DNA of 64,000 nucleotides from the NCBI GenBank assembly GCA_043228905.1, contig JBHGNT010000015.1:14942001-15006000 (forward strand), written 5' to 3'. This document shows, piece by piece, positions 1-10,855 of the stretch. The notes under the pieces were generated by a model. That model saw only the letters and a list, made by a program, of their open reading frames with translations. It searched no databases and had not been told where the DNA came from. How positions within the stretch are numbered: the stretch's first letter is position 1; each line of letters opens with the position of its first letter. The position numbers were made by a program, and so were the translations under genes. This DNA is from Azolla caroliniana (taxonomy: Eukaryota > Plantae > Polypodiophyta).

Positions 1-651
1 TCTAGTTGTAGTATCCGGACTGCTAGTAGTTCTTCCCGACTCATCTCTTCCTTCCACGGTAGGACTGTCCATGTCGCGATCGCGGTTTCCGTTGGCATTA
101 CCGGTGCTTGTCTGATCATGAGTTCTGTCGGCATGTAACCGGTTATGGAGCTATGCGTTGTCCGATCCGCCCATAGTGCATACGGGAGCATGTACGGCCA
201 ATCCTTCACCCTCCCGTCGCATGCTTTGGCAAGTGCTTTGACGATCGGACTATGTCCTCGTTCGATTTTCCCGTTGGCCTCCGGATTGTATGCCGTTGTT
301 AGTGTTAATCGAACTCCATGTTTGGTGAAGAATTCCTTAGCTTTATCAAAGTCGAGTTCTCCCCGATCCGCAATCACTTTTCCTACGCACCCGTACCTGC
401 AAAACACCTCCTCCAAAAGAAATTGGCATACCGAAGAACATGTTTTCCTTTGTAGCGCCCGACCTTCTACTTGGTTTGTGAGATCTTCCCGAGCTAACAC
501 CAAGTACTTCTTTTGTCCGATCCCAGTTGGCATGGCTACAATATCGACCATCCATTTGAAGTTGATTGTCGGTGAGAATGTCAGATGTAACTCATCTCGG
601 TGTCGAACTCCGGAGTAGATTTGACACTTCTCGCAGTTTCCCGTGAACTCC
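1..651 (-). pseudogene. Gypsy integrase, downstream part (end of zinc finger and catalytic core)
   Basis: Removing the Copia and one TSD joins ...KYWWKNMYKDIG (ending 5954) to EFTGNCEKCQIYSGVRHRDELH. The core motif TAYNPEANGKIERGH follows. Confidence 0.85.
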
Positions 652-656
652 CCTAT

Positions 657-1248
657 TGTAAGGAATAGGCCCTTCTATCCACCTTCTTCTCTCGGCCACA
701 ACCGATTAATCGCGGATCAATGGAGCAGAAAATAGGAAACACACGTAGAAACAAAACGAAGAAACGCGAGTACACAAGGATTAACGTGGAAAACCCTAAA
801 CGGGGAAAAAACCACGGGAGTACAAGACTCCAAACAACACTATACAGAGAAGTATACAATGACGAGCTCCAAGGCGACGACCTTGAGCTCGCTGTCCTCG
901 CCACAGGCGGCGGAAATACACAGAGGCGTCTACCTCTTTCTCTTCGCGCTCTCTCTCTTTCTCTCTCACACGGCTGCTCTCTCTTCACTCCTCTAAAGTG
1001 GAAAAACAGAAAAATGAGAAGCAACAGAAAAACAGTTTGCCCTAAGTCATATTTATACTTATATGACTTTGGGCTATTTACAACTATAGCCTCAGGGGGC
1101 TCGTAGCGAACATATTCACGGATATGTCCCTGCATCCGGATTGCTCTCCGGGTACATTCGTCATCCGGCACCGAAGCCGAAACCGGGCTTGTCGGCATTC
1201 ATCTCCGATATCCGACCATCCCATCCGAAAGGGACCGAAATCCCAACA
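657..1248 (-). repeat. 3' LTR of the intact Copia
   Basis: Direct repeat of 5362-5953; I see only one substitution (1142 T vs 5847 C). Confidence 0.97.
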
Positions 1249-1264
1249 AACTCCCCCTTCACTT
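1249..1264 (-). promoter_or_regulatory. Polypurine tract of the Copia
   Basis: AAGTGAAGGGGGAGTT on - immediately before the 3' LTR; overlaps the pol stop codon. Confidence 0.9.
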
Positions 1265-4200
1265 CGGCATGGGATGTCTTTCCAAACCGATCCTCTTCCG
1301 GCATGCTTCCAGCTTGTCGGGTGTGAGCACCTTGGTCAGCATATCCGACCCGTTCTCGTCGGTGTGGATCTTCGTCAGCACGAACTCCTTGTCTTCTATC
1401 CTTTCCCGGATCCAGTGATATCTTCGCTGGATGTGCTTCGTCCGGGAGTGATAGGCTGCGTTCTTCGCAAGGTGGATGGCACTCTGACTGTCGCAGTAGA
1501 GTCGGTACTCCTCTTGCCGGATACCGAGCTCTCTAATGAAGTCCTTCATCCATATTATTTCCTTGCCGGCTTCAACAGCCGCCATGTACTCCGCCTCCGT
1601 GGTTGACAACGCAACCGTCTTCTGCAGCCTCGACTGCCACGAAACAGCTCCCCCTGCATACGTCATCACATACCCTGATGTGGACCGGCTGGTATCTGCA
1701 TCAGCCGACATATCAGAATCAGTAAAGCCTTCGAGTTCGGGCTTACCGGAGCCGAATCGGAGGCACACGTTTGCCGTGCCCTTCAGGTATCGGAGTATCC
1801 ACTTGACCGCGTTCCAGTGCTCTTTGCCGGGATTGCTCATGTACCGGCTCACCACTCCGACTGCATATCCTATGTCCGGTCTCGTACACACCATGGCGTA
1901 CATCAAGCTCCCGACGGCTGAGGCATACGGCACTTCCATCATATCCTCCTTTTCAGCCTTTGTCTTGGGACTTTGCTTGCTGGTCAGCTTGCAGTTTGCC
2001 GGGAGGGTCGATCCGACCGGTCTTGCTTCCGACATGTTGAACCGTTGAAGCACCTTTGTCACGTACTTCTCCTGTGACAGCCACAACTGCTTCTTCTTCC
2101 GGTCCCGGATGATGTGCATCCCTAGTATTTGCCTCGCCGGACCCAGGTCCTTCATTGAGAAGGTTCGGTGAAGAGCCTTCTTCAGCATCCATATCTTGAC
2201 CTGGTCCCGTCCGACGATCAACATGTCGTCCACGTACAGGAGGAGTATTAGGAAGTCTCCTCCTTCAAACTTCTTCACAAACACGCAGTGGTCGGACTGC
2301 GTTTTGAGGTACCCTTCGTCGGTCATGAAGGAGTCGAACTTCCGGTACCATTGCCGGGGAGCCTGCTTCAGTCCGTAAAGGCTCTTCTTCAACCGGCATA
2401 CCAGGTGCTCCTTCCCTTTCTTCTCGAATCCTTCCGGTTGCTGCATGTAGATTTCTTCTTCGAGGTCACCGTGAAGGAATGCTGTCTTCACGTCCATCTG
2501 TTCTACCTCGAGGTCCATGCTTGCCGCTATGCTCAGCACCGTCCGGATGGAGGTCATCTTCACTACCGGGGCAAATATCTCGTCGAAGTCGACGCCCTTC
2601 TTTTGCTGAAACCCCTTCACCACGATCCTGGCTTTGTATCTCGGGGGGTTTCCGGCATCTCCCGGTTTCAGCTTGAACACCCACTTGTTTCGAAGTGCCC
2701 GCTTTCCCTTCGGCAACTCCACAAGTTCATATGTGTGGTTCTCATGCAGGGAATCCATCTCGTCCTGCATGGCACTCAACCACCTGCGGCTCTGGGTGTC
2801 ATGCTTCGCTTCTTCAAAGCTCTCCGGCTCCCCCTCGTCGGTTAGCAGCACGTGCTCTGGTTCCGGAAATCTCCGGGGGGCCCTTCTCTCTCTTAGAGGA
2901 TATCTCCGTTCCGGAGCTTCGGTAACCGGTTCTTCCGATTCTTCTTCATCCGAGACCATTTCGGGATCGGGGCCGGTTCCGGTATCATTTTCATCTTCTT
3001 CGGCCGGTTCTGTGTCTTCACTGTCTTCGGCCGGATCCTCGAGTGCTAACCGGTCCCTTGCCGGTCGGGACTGCTCCTCGTAGAGTTGATCCTCACCGGT
3101 CGACTTGGAGCTCTTCATCTTCTTCTCCGACTCCCAGTCAGCGAGCGTCTTGTTCTCCATGAAGATGATATCACGACTCCGGAATATCTTCTTGTCGACC
3201 GGGTCCCATACTCGGTAGCCGAACTCGTCGTCGCCGTAACCGAGGAATATGCATGGCCGGGTCTTCGGATCTAGCTTTCCTCTCCGGTCCTTTGCCACAT
3301 GCACGTATGCGAGACACCCGAACACCTTCAGATGCCGGTAGGACACTTCCTTACCGGTCCACACTCTCTGCGGCGTGTCTCCGTCCAAAGGTACTGAGGG
3401 TGATCTGTTTATCACGTATGTCGCCGTCGACATTGCCTCAGCCCAAAACCCCTTGGGTAATTTCGCATGCGCCAGCATACTCCGGACCCGCTCCATTATG
3501 GTCCGGTTCATCCTCTCGGCCAGCCCGTTCAGTTCCGGCGTCTTCGGCACAGTAAACTCGAGTCGGATTCCCTTCGAGCGACAGTACTCCTGGAACTGCC
3601 CCCGGTATTCCCCTCCGTTATCCGCTCGTATCGCTTTCAGCTTCTTGCCGGATTCCCTTTCCACTCTCGCGTGGAGTTCTTTGAAGACGGACAACACTTG
3701 GTCCTTTGTCTTCAACGGTGCCGTCCACAGCTTCCGGCTGTGATCATCAATGAATGTCACGAAGTACTGGGCTCCGCCATGTGACTTCGTTTCTACCTGA
3801 CACACATCAGTGTGCACCAACTCCAATGGTGCGCTACGTCTCGTCGGTGGCCTTGAGTGGAAGGAGGTTCGGTTCTGCTTACCGGCCAGGCAATCGGTGC
3901 ACTTCTCCAGGTGCACGTGCTTCACTGGGATGAGGTTGTCTTCTGCAAGCCTCTTCATCCCCTTCTCACTCATGTGGCACAGTCTTTTGTGCCACAGCTC
4001 ACCGGCAGTGTCGGCTGCCACATTCAGCTCTTCCGGACATAACCGGGCATTCATCAGGTACAGTGTGTTGACCTTCCGGGCCCGAACCACTATCAAGCTC
4101 CCCTTGCTGAACTTCATGACACCGTTCCGGATGCTACCCGTGTAGCCTTCATCATCTAGCCTCCCGGCCGAAATCAGGTTCAATCGGACCTCCGGAACGT

Positions 4201-5332
4201 GTCGGACATCTTTCAGCAGCATTTTGCATCCGGTCGGGGTTGTCAACCACACGTCTCCTATGCCGGCAATCCGGCACGTACCTTCATTTCCCATCCGAAC
4301 ACAGCCATGCTCGCCGGCTGTGTAGGATGAGAAGTATCTTCTCTCCGGGGTCAGGTGGAACGATGCTCCGGAATCGACCACCCAGGTCGTCTCATCGCCG
4401 GCAACGTTTAGCTCACCTTCTTCGGTGATGAGCATGATTTCTTCCTCACTTGCCGCGAGTGCCGTTGTTCCTTTCCGGTCTTGCCCTCGCCGATCCGAAC
4501 CTCTCCGGTCCGTGGCTCCCCGGTATGCACCGTTTCTCTCCGGTGACTTCTTCGAGTCGGTGTCGTCGGCTCCGTTGTCTTTTCGGTAATGCCGACAATT
4601 CTTTCGGAAGTGCCCCGGCTTCCCACAGTGGAAGCATGTGGGCCTTCCTCTTGACTGCGACCGGGTCCCCGACTTCTCCCGTCTTTGCGGACTCCGGTTC
4701 CATTGTCTTCCCCGATCCGATTCGGTAAACAGCATCTTCGGGTCGGAGGCCGGTTCCTTATCTCTCCGACGCGCTTCTTCATTCAGAATACTTGTCTTTA
4801 CAGTTTGTAAGGACAAGTTATCTTCGGTGCACGAGGTGCTGAGAGTCACCACCAAGTTCTCCCAGCTTTCCGGCAATGTACACATCAGGATGATGGCTTG
4901 CATTGCATCCTCCAACGGGAACTTGATCGCCGCAAGCTGGTTCACGAATCCCATGAACGTGCTTACGTGTTCCACCATACTCTCGCCGTCCCGATACTTG
5001 AGATTCACAATCTTCCTCATCAGGGAGGTCCGGTTCAACGCATTCTTCCTCTCATAGAGGCCAGACAGCTTCTTCCACATCTCGTATGCGTTGGTGTCGT
5101 TCGCCACATGTTGCAGGACGCTTACGTCGACATATTGTCGGATCGTCGCTACGGCTTTCCGGTTCAGGAGCTTCCACTCCGACTCAAGTACCCCCTTCGG
5201 TATTTCCGACCTGTCAATCGGTTCGTACAGGTCCCGAACAATCAGAAGATCCTCCATCTTGATCTTCCAGTCGGCGTAATTCTGTGCATTCAGCACCATC
5301 ATCATCGGCTGCCCGCTGCCGCCGCCTTCCAT
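1259..5332 (-). CDS. Copia Gag-Pol polyprotein (gag, CCHC knuckle, protease, GAG-pre-integrase, integrase, RT, RNase H)
   Basis: Motifs CFHCGKPGHFRKNC, WVVDSGAS, LWHKRLCH, LVHTDVC, ADNGGEY, NGLAERMNRT, LYVDDML, FTDSD, HIQRRYHWIRE. The likely start is the first ATG after the PBS (5332, MEGGGS); the ORF-track start at 5404 lies inside the LTR. Confidence 0.95.
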   Translation of the reverse strand: MEGGGSGQPMMMVLNAQNYADWKIKMEDLLIVRDLYEPIDRSEIPKGVLESEWKLLNRKAVATIRQYVDVSVLQHVANDTNAYEMWKKLSGLYERKNALNRTSLMRKIVNLKYRDGESMVEHVSTFMGFVNQLAAIKFPLEDAMQAIILMCTLPESWENLVVTLSTSCTEDNLSLQTVKTSILNEEARRRDKEPASDPKMLFTESDRGRQWNRSPQRREKSGTRSQSRGRPTCFHCGKPGHFRKNCRHYRKDNGADDTDSKKSPERNGAYRGATDRRGSDRRGQDRKGTTALAASEEEIMLITEEGELNVAGDETTWVVDSGASFHLTPERRYFSSYTAGEHGCVRMGNEGTCRIAGIGDVWLTTPTGCKMLLKDVRHVPEVRLNLISAGRLDDEGYTGSIRNGVMKFSKGSLIVVRARKVNTLYLMNARLCPEELNVAADTAGELWHKRLCHMSEKGMKRLAEDNLIPVKHVHLEKCTDCLAGKQNRTSFHSRPPTRRSAPLELVHTDVCQVETKSHGGAQYFVTFIDDHSRKLWTAPLKTKDQVLSVFKELHARVERESGKKLKAIRADNGGEYRGQFQEYCRSKGIRLEFTVPKTPELNGLAERMNRTIMERVRSMLAHAKLPKGFWAEAMSTATYVINRSPSVPLDGDTPQRVWTGKEVSYRHLKVFGCLAYVHVAKDRRGKLDPKTRPCIFLGYGDDEFGYRVWDPVDKKIFRSRDIIFMENKTLADWESEKKMKSSKSTGEDQLYEEQSRPARDRLALEDPAEDSEDTEPAEEDENDTGTGPDPEMVSDEEESEEPVTEAPERRYPLRERRAPRRFPEPEHVLLTDEGEPESFEEAKHDTQSRRWLSAMQDEMDSLHENHTYELVELPKGKRALRNKWVFKLKPGDAGNPPRYKARIVVKGFQQKKGVDFDEIFAPVVKMTSIRTVLSIAASMDLEVEQMDVKTAFLHGDLEEEIYMQQPEGFEKKGKEHLVCRLKKSLYGLKQAPRQWYRKFDSFMTDEGYLKTQSDHCVFVKKFEGGDFLILLLYVDDMLIVGRDQVKIWMLKKALHRTFSMKDLGPARQILGMHIIRDRKKKQLWLSQEKYVTKVLQRFNMSEARPVGSTLPANCKLTSKQSPKTKAEKEDMMEVPYASAVGSLMYAMVCTRPDIGYAVGVVSRYMSNPGKEHWNAVKWILRYLKGTANVCLRFGSGKPELEGFTDSDMSADADTSRSTSGYVMTYAGGAVSWQSRLQKTVALSTTEAEYMAAVEAGKEIIWMKDFIRELGIRQEEYRLYCDSQSAIHLAKNAAYHSRTKHIQRRYHWIRERIEDKEFVLTKIHTDENGSDMLTKVLTPDKLEACRKRIGLERHPMPK

Positions 5333-5346
5333 TTTCTGCAACAGTC

Positions 5347-5358
5347 GCTCTGATACCA
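5347..5358 (-). promoter_or_regulatory. Primer binding site, tRNA-iMet
   Basis: TGGTATCAGAGC, 3 nt downstream of the 5' LTR. Confidence 0.95.
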
Positions 5359-5361
5359 GTT

Positions 5362-5953
5362 TGTAAGGAATAGGCCCTTCTATCCACCTTCTTCTCTCGG
5401 CCACAACCGATTAATCGCGGATCAATGGAGCAGAAAATAGGAAACACACGTAGAAACAAAACGAAGAAACGCGAGTACACAAGGATTAACGTGGAAAACC
5501 CTAAACGGGGAAAAAACCACGGGAGTACAAGACTCCAAACAACACTATACAGAGAAGTATACAATGACGAGCTCCAAGGCGACGACCTTGAGCTCGCTGT
5601 CCTCGCCACAGGCGGCGGAAATACACAGAGGCGTCTACCTCTTTCTCTTCGCGCTCTCTCTCTTTCTCTCTCACACGGCTGCTCTCTCTTCACTCCTCTA
5701 AAGTGGAAAAACAGAAAAATGAGAAGCAACAGAAAAACAGTTTGCCCTAAGTCATATTTATACTTATATGACTTTGGGCTATTTACAACTATAGCCTCAG
5801 GGGGCTCGTAGCGAACATATTCACGGATATGTCCCTGCATCCGGATCGCTCTCCGGGTACATTCGTCATCCGGCACCGAAGCCGAAACCGGGCTTGTCGG
5901 CATTCATCTCCGATATCCGACCATCCCATCCGAAAGGGACCGAAATCCCAACA
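5362..5953 (-). repeat. 5' LTR of the intact Copia
   Basis: TG...CA ends, 592 bp, followed on - by the PBS. Confidence 0.97.
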
Positions 5954-5958
5954 CCTAT

Positions 5959-8900
5959 ATCTTTGTACATGTTCTTCCACCAATATTTTTGTTTGATTTT
6001 CACAAAAGTTGCCCATGTTCCTCGATGTCCAGCCCAATCGGATTCGTGAAATTCAGACATCACAAAAGCTTTCTCCGTCGTATTCTTTTTCCCGGAATTC
6101 TCAGATTACGTTCACCCGGCATATGTGCTCCGAAGCAAAGTAGTCTTCGGAAACTTCTTCATTATCGGATTCGGTTATGTCATCTCCGAACCGCACCCTT
6201 GATAGCATATCCGCTACTGCGTTGTCTTTTCCGGAGATGTGTCGTACCTCCGGATTAAGTGACTTAACATATGCAATCCACCTTAGCATAGCCACATCCG
6301 GTATCGTGCAACACCGCATCATCCTGAGTATCGGAAGACAATCCGTTTCGATCACTACTTCGGCTCCGATCAAATAATCTCGATCCGATTTGATTGCCGA
6401 CACGACTCCCCATAATTCTCTTTTGACTTGTGCATATCCGCGTTGCCTTTTGTTGAGAACCTTTGCTCCGAATCGGATTGGATACCGCGAACCATCCGAG
6501 TCAGCTTGATTGATGACCCATCCGATTCCGGTTGGACTTGTGTCAACCATTACTATGATGGGTTGGTCATAGTTCGGCTTCTTTAGTGCTTTTTACCTCC
6601 GTAGTGATTTCTTGAGCTTCTTCATGGCTTTGGTATGCTCCGGTTTCCATTCAAACTTCTTACCCTTCCGCAACAAGTGATAGAGTGGGTCCGCAATATG
6701 TGCATAGTGCGGAATCCATATGTGATAGAATGCACATGCTCCAAGAAACCTTCGGACTTCGGATTGTGACTTGCATACTTCTTTCATAGCTTGAATCGCA
6801 TCGATCTTGGTTGGTGATGGTCTTCGGCCGTAGGGCCCACATAGATGTCCGACTACCAATATTTCTTCTTGCCCGAATGCCGATTTCTCACCGGAAAGTG
6901 TTAGGTGCACATCTTCTAACTTTCGAAGCACTTTCTCGCAATCACAAATATGGTCTACTACGAACTTTCGGCATCCCCGATCATCGATAGTTTCATCTTT
7001 TTCTTCTACCGTGCATCCTTTCATCGGAATGTCATCTAGGAATGGCATCGTTATCTCCGGAATGCAGTCTTGAAGCACCTTGTTCATTGCATTCATCATA
7101 TGTGGGACCGAGTTCGTCGCCCCTTGTCGTAGCGTACACATCCGAACTAATCCTATTGATGTCTGCATGGTAGTGATGTCTCGGCTCTCCACGGCTAGTT
7201 GGAATTGGTCATACCCCGAGCATAGGTCTCCGATGGAGTATATCGCACGACTGGCAAATGCTTCCGCAAATTCGTCCACTATCAGACTGACTCCGGAGTT
7301 CCGGATCGTGACCTTGTTCACCGGTTGCAAATCTTGAATAAATCGGAGCGTTCGATGGCTCTACAATCCCCATCCCCACCTTTTCCTTGAGCAAGTCCAT
7401 GATTTTCGGAATATGTGCCGGTGGCACCGGAATCGGCTTTAGGTTCCACGACACATGGTCAATCGTGAAGATCACCATCGGCTCCACTATCTTTGGGTCA
7501 ACGCATCCTATTTCTTTCGATGTAAATGAAAATTCTCTCCCATGTCTCTCTAGCATCCCACGGAATCGTTCTTCTTCATTCTTTAATAGGAACCCACCTC
7601 GACCTATCCGAAGTTTCTTCCGGGTCTCATCCATGAAGGCATGTCCGATATCCATGGACTTTGGAAGTGTCGGATCCCCCGAGACTTCGTTCCTCTTTTG
7701 TTCGCTATCGGCGGGTAACAGTCCCGCGGCCGGTTTCACTTTCTTCTGCACGGTCTTGTATTTCATACTTACCATTGCTTCTTCTTTGCGGAGCGCATCT
7801 GGCCCCATTTTCACAATGATCTCGTATGTCTCGACCGATTCCACCGGGACTACCCGGTCTCCCTGGCTTGTATCTTCAGCGAGCTCTTAAAGCCGTTGTA
7901 GCGTGCTCCCATAGAACACTTCTTCGACTATTCCCACGATTTCGTGATCTTCTTTTATTATTGATGCCGACCGTAACTTATCCTACACTTTTCGCTATTC
8001 TTTCTTCATTTCTCCAGTTACGGCCGTGTACGTAGATGCCCCATCCGGACCGATTCGTACCTGTTTTGCTCCGAGAGTTTTCTTCCTGTGTGGGGTATTA
8101 GGGCTTCTCGGACTATCACTTCCCCACTCCCCAATAGTCCGCTCTAAAAATCCATCCTTGTTTGGGACAAGAGCTCTCTCTTGTTCCTTTCATGATTTGC
8201 CGGCACAGTTAGGAATTGGACGAATTTTCCTCCGCTTTGGCTCCGAATTTGTGCGAAAGCCGCACCGCTATCGAGCACCTTTGTCTCCATCCGTGAAGCC
8301 GTGATAAAGGGTTGCCCGAGGATCATGGAGTGTGAGACCTCGTCTTGTACGAAGAAATTTTGGTCGATCTCGACATCCCTGATCTTCACCATCACATCCG
8401 GACAAGCTGCAAATAGATCTTCCGTTGCTTTAGTGGCCGCCCGGATCTTCCATCCATGATTGTTGTTAATAAGCCACTTCCCCTTCCGGTAGAACTCCTT
8501 AGACATCAAATTGATCTCCGATCCGTGATCAATCAATGCTAGCACGGGCTCTTTGATGTTGCCGATTCGAACCGGAGTCTCGGTAGTTGCACGCGCCTAG
8601 TGTGGCTTTGTATAGTGGGAATTCGGTATCTCGTCCTCCACTTCGGTGTCATTCATCAGAACGGCATTTGCATTCACCATCGGCACATTTTCCTCCGTAC
8701 TTTGTCTTTTTCTCTTCACGAGATCCACAAGAAGATCGTGGAACTCCTTCTTTGCTATTCCGAGTAAATCCCGAAGCGAAAATTCTACCCGGCTATCAAG
8801 GATTCTCTCTTCGAACGCCTTTTTCAAGTCCGTTTGTTGTTCGATGTCCGAGGAAAGCTTGAATGCCGGAATCGTCTTTTCTTTTCCCTTCCCTCCGGAG

Positions 8901-10150
8901 TTCCAGATTGCTGGTGTCTTTGATGGTCCGTGCGTCATCGTTTTTCATCCACATACACTTCATGCAATTGACATAGCGCATGTACGCTATTCTTATCTAT
9001 GGGGCACTCCCATCCCGTCACTTCCTGGATACATTCCGCGGAGCTTCGGAGTTCATCATGGTCAGCTTTCTTCGAAATTTCTAACACATCCGGCCAAAAA
9101 GACGCCTTTGCTGTAGATGACTCCCCCACACGTATTCCCGCGGTTATCGCATAATTGTCTTTCGCCGCGATCTCCTCCTCTAGGACCTTCTTCATGCCGC
9201 CTTTCCAGAAGTTCGGTCGGAGTGGCTTCCGAGAATCCATCGAATGAATCCAATTTCCCTCTTAGTAGATACGATCCTGTCGTAGTGGCTCCTTGTGCTC
9301 GTCGCAATCTCTTCGATCATGTACTTGGAACTTGTGGGACGGTCTTCCATCTTCTTCACCATCGCGATTTTCAGATTCTCCATCTCCTTCAGCAATTGCT
9401 CCACTGTGGTTGCGTCGATTCCCTTCTCGGTTGTAGTCTCCCGAGCCCGCGGTTGATGGTCATCCGATCCGGATCTCAGTTTCGGAATCGGTTCGGAAAC
9501 CCTATTTTCTTCATTGGCAAGCCATTGCCCCCTCTTTGTGTATCGCGCGACGATATCCCGCACGCTTTCCCATGCTTTGGTGAGGCCACTGTCGGTAGTC
9601 GTGTCCTCTAGAAGCACTCCAAGATTCTTCCGGTCCCGGACGTCTACGGCTCGTAAGAACATGATAACTTTGTCCGATGCGAGGATAGCTTGATCTCTCG
9701 CAAACAACCTCTCGAACCGACTTTCGAATGCCGAAAACACATCGAGGACCTTCATCCCCTTGTCCGGCGTTTCCACCTAATCTTTGAATCCTCTCCGCGT
9801 TGCCTTGGGGGAGTCCTCGATAGCGAATGTGGTCTTCAGTGCCTCTTCAAACGCTTCCCACGTCAGATTTGTTGTTGTAGCTTGTGGATACTTGGTTGAA
9901 GCCCGTCGGTAGCCATCTGGTTGAAGGATGTCACTTGCAGTCCTTCCGAAATCCTGCACTGTATCATTTCCTCCTTGTAGTCCCGAAGATAGCATGATAC
10001 GTCCTTTCCGTTGAATTGCCCGATCCGTTGCACGAGCCGATCTACTGCCGCCGCTATCTCCGACATCGCACGTTGTTCTTGAAGCATCTGCTCGAACATC
10101 ATCATCATGTTGTTAGCCTCTGGTTCATTTTCCATCTCCTTGCCACCCAT
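5959..10150 (-). pseudogene. Gypsy gag-pol, fragmented (gag, protease, RT, RNase H, integrase N-terminus)
   Basis: ORF pieces 9863-10150, 9192-9776, 8597-8938, 8144-8545, 7209-7844, 6593-7330 and 6101-6550 are colinear. Comparison with the paralog at 26439-26880 shows a deletion near 6095. Confidence 0.88.
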
Positions 10151-10154
10151 GTTA

Positions 10155-10169
10155 ACGTCGGGTTCACCA
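10155..10169 (-). promoter_or_regulatory. Gypsy primer binding site, complementary to the tRNA-Trp 3' end
   Basis: TGGTGAACCCGACGT, 2 nt after the LTR end; complementary to ACGTCGGGTTCACCA, the plant tRNA-Trp 3' end as I recall it. Confidence 0.75.
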
Positions 10170-10171
10170 AT

Positions 10172-10830
10172 TGTGTCGTGTCGTTCGGCACCGGATCATT
10201 GCGTGACTCGGGTGGGAACCACTGAGCTTCTGGACTAGGAGAAAAGAAAATTCTAAGGCAATGAAGAATATGAAATATGTTGTAAGAAAGAAAGATATGA
10301 AAAACTCATGAATCCCACGAGTATAGTGTATTAGTGAGTACTCAGATTAAGAGAGAAAATAGTTAGCAAATTCGTGAATCCCACGATTATATTATATTAA
10401 TCCACCCTTGTAAAATAAGTATCAGCCACTATACATCTTTTTCTCTCCCTTATATAGTGTTGGAAGAGTCTAAGTTTATCACATGCAAGCATCATGCTTT
10501 TCCTAACTTTAGTTTTCATGCACACTGCATGTGCATGATTAACTTTCTATCCCATCTTTTCTTTTAACTTGAGTGTGTACGTATGAATAACTTTTTGTAC
10601 CATGCATATGTAGAACATTTACATGGGATAATGTTTAGTATAACTTTAAAATTCATAATATGCTAGTATAGTGGTAAGGCTGGGGTTTGTCTACGTGGAG
10701 GTACATGGTTCGAACCCTGCCCTATGCTCGTAATAAATATTTTTAATATTTTATTTTATTTATTATACGTAATTTAAATCGGATATAGTATTTTACATAT
10801 TTCACGTAGTGTGTGATTCACACTATGACA
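10172..10830 (-). repeat. Gypsy 5' LTR
   Basis: Ends ...ACGACACA before the PBS; probable start TGTCATAG at 10830; its 3' part is homologous to 27330-27460. Confidence 0.7.
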
Positions 10831-10855
10831 ACATTTGAATAAAATTTAGGGACCA

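Larger units (their letters stand above)
657..5953 (-). mobile_element. Intact, young Ty1/Copia LTR retrotransposon (Tto1/Tnt1-like)
   Basis: Two 592-bp TG...CA LTRs, 5-bp TSD CCTAT (652-656 and 5954-5958), tRNA-iMet PBS, PPT, single uninterrupted gag-pol ORF. Confidence 0.98.
1..10830 (-). mobile_element. Decayed Ty3/Gypsy LTR retrotransposon; 3' end lies beyond the window start; interrupted by a Copia insertion
   Basis: Order on -: LTR, PBS, gag, protease (LALIDHGSEINL), RT (GDLCSGYDQF, PFLDDI), RNase H (VDTSPTGIGWV), integrase (H-x6-H...C-x2-C, core in 1-651). RT-RH before INT is the Gypsy order. Many stops and frameshifts. Confidence 0.92.

Noticed and set aside
653-1198. Duplicated 128-aa and 181/229-aa ORFs (also 5214-5903)
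   Set aside because: They lie within the two LTRs; their identity follows from LTR duplication and they show no domain.
1124-5353. Many overlapping + strand ORFs
   Set aside because: Antisense shadows of the GC-rich gag-pol frame; the same applies to short ORFs over 35-40 kb and 56-61 kb.
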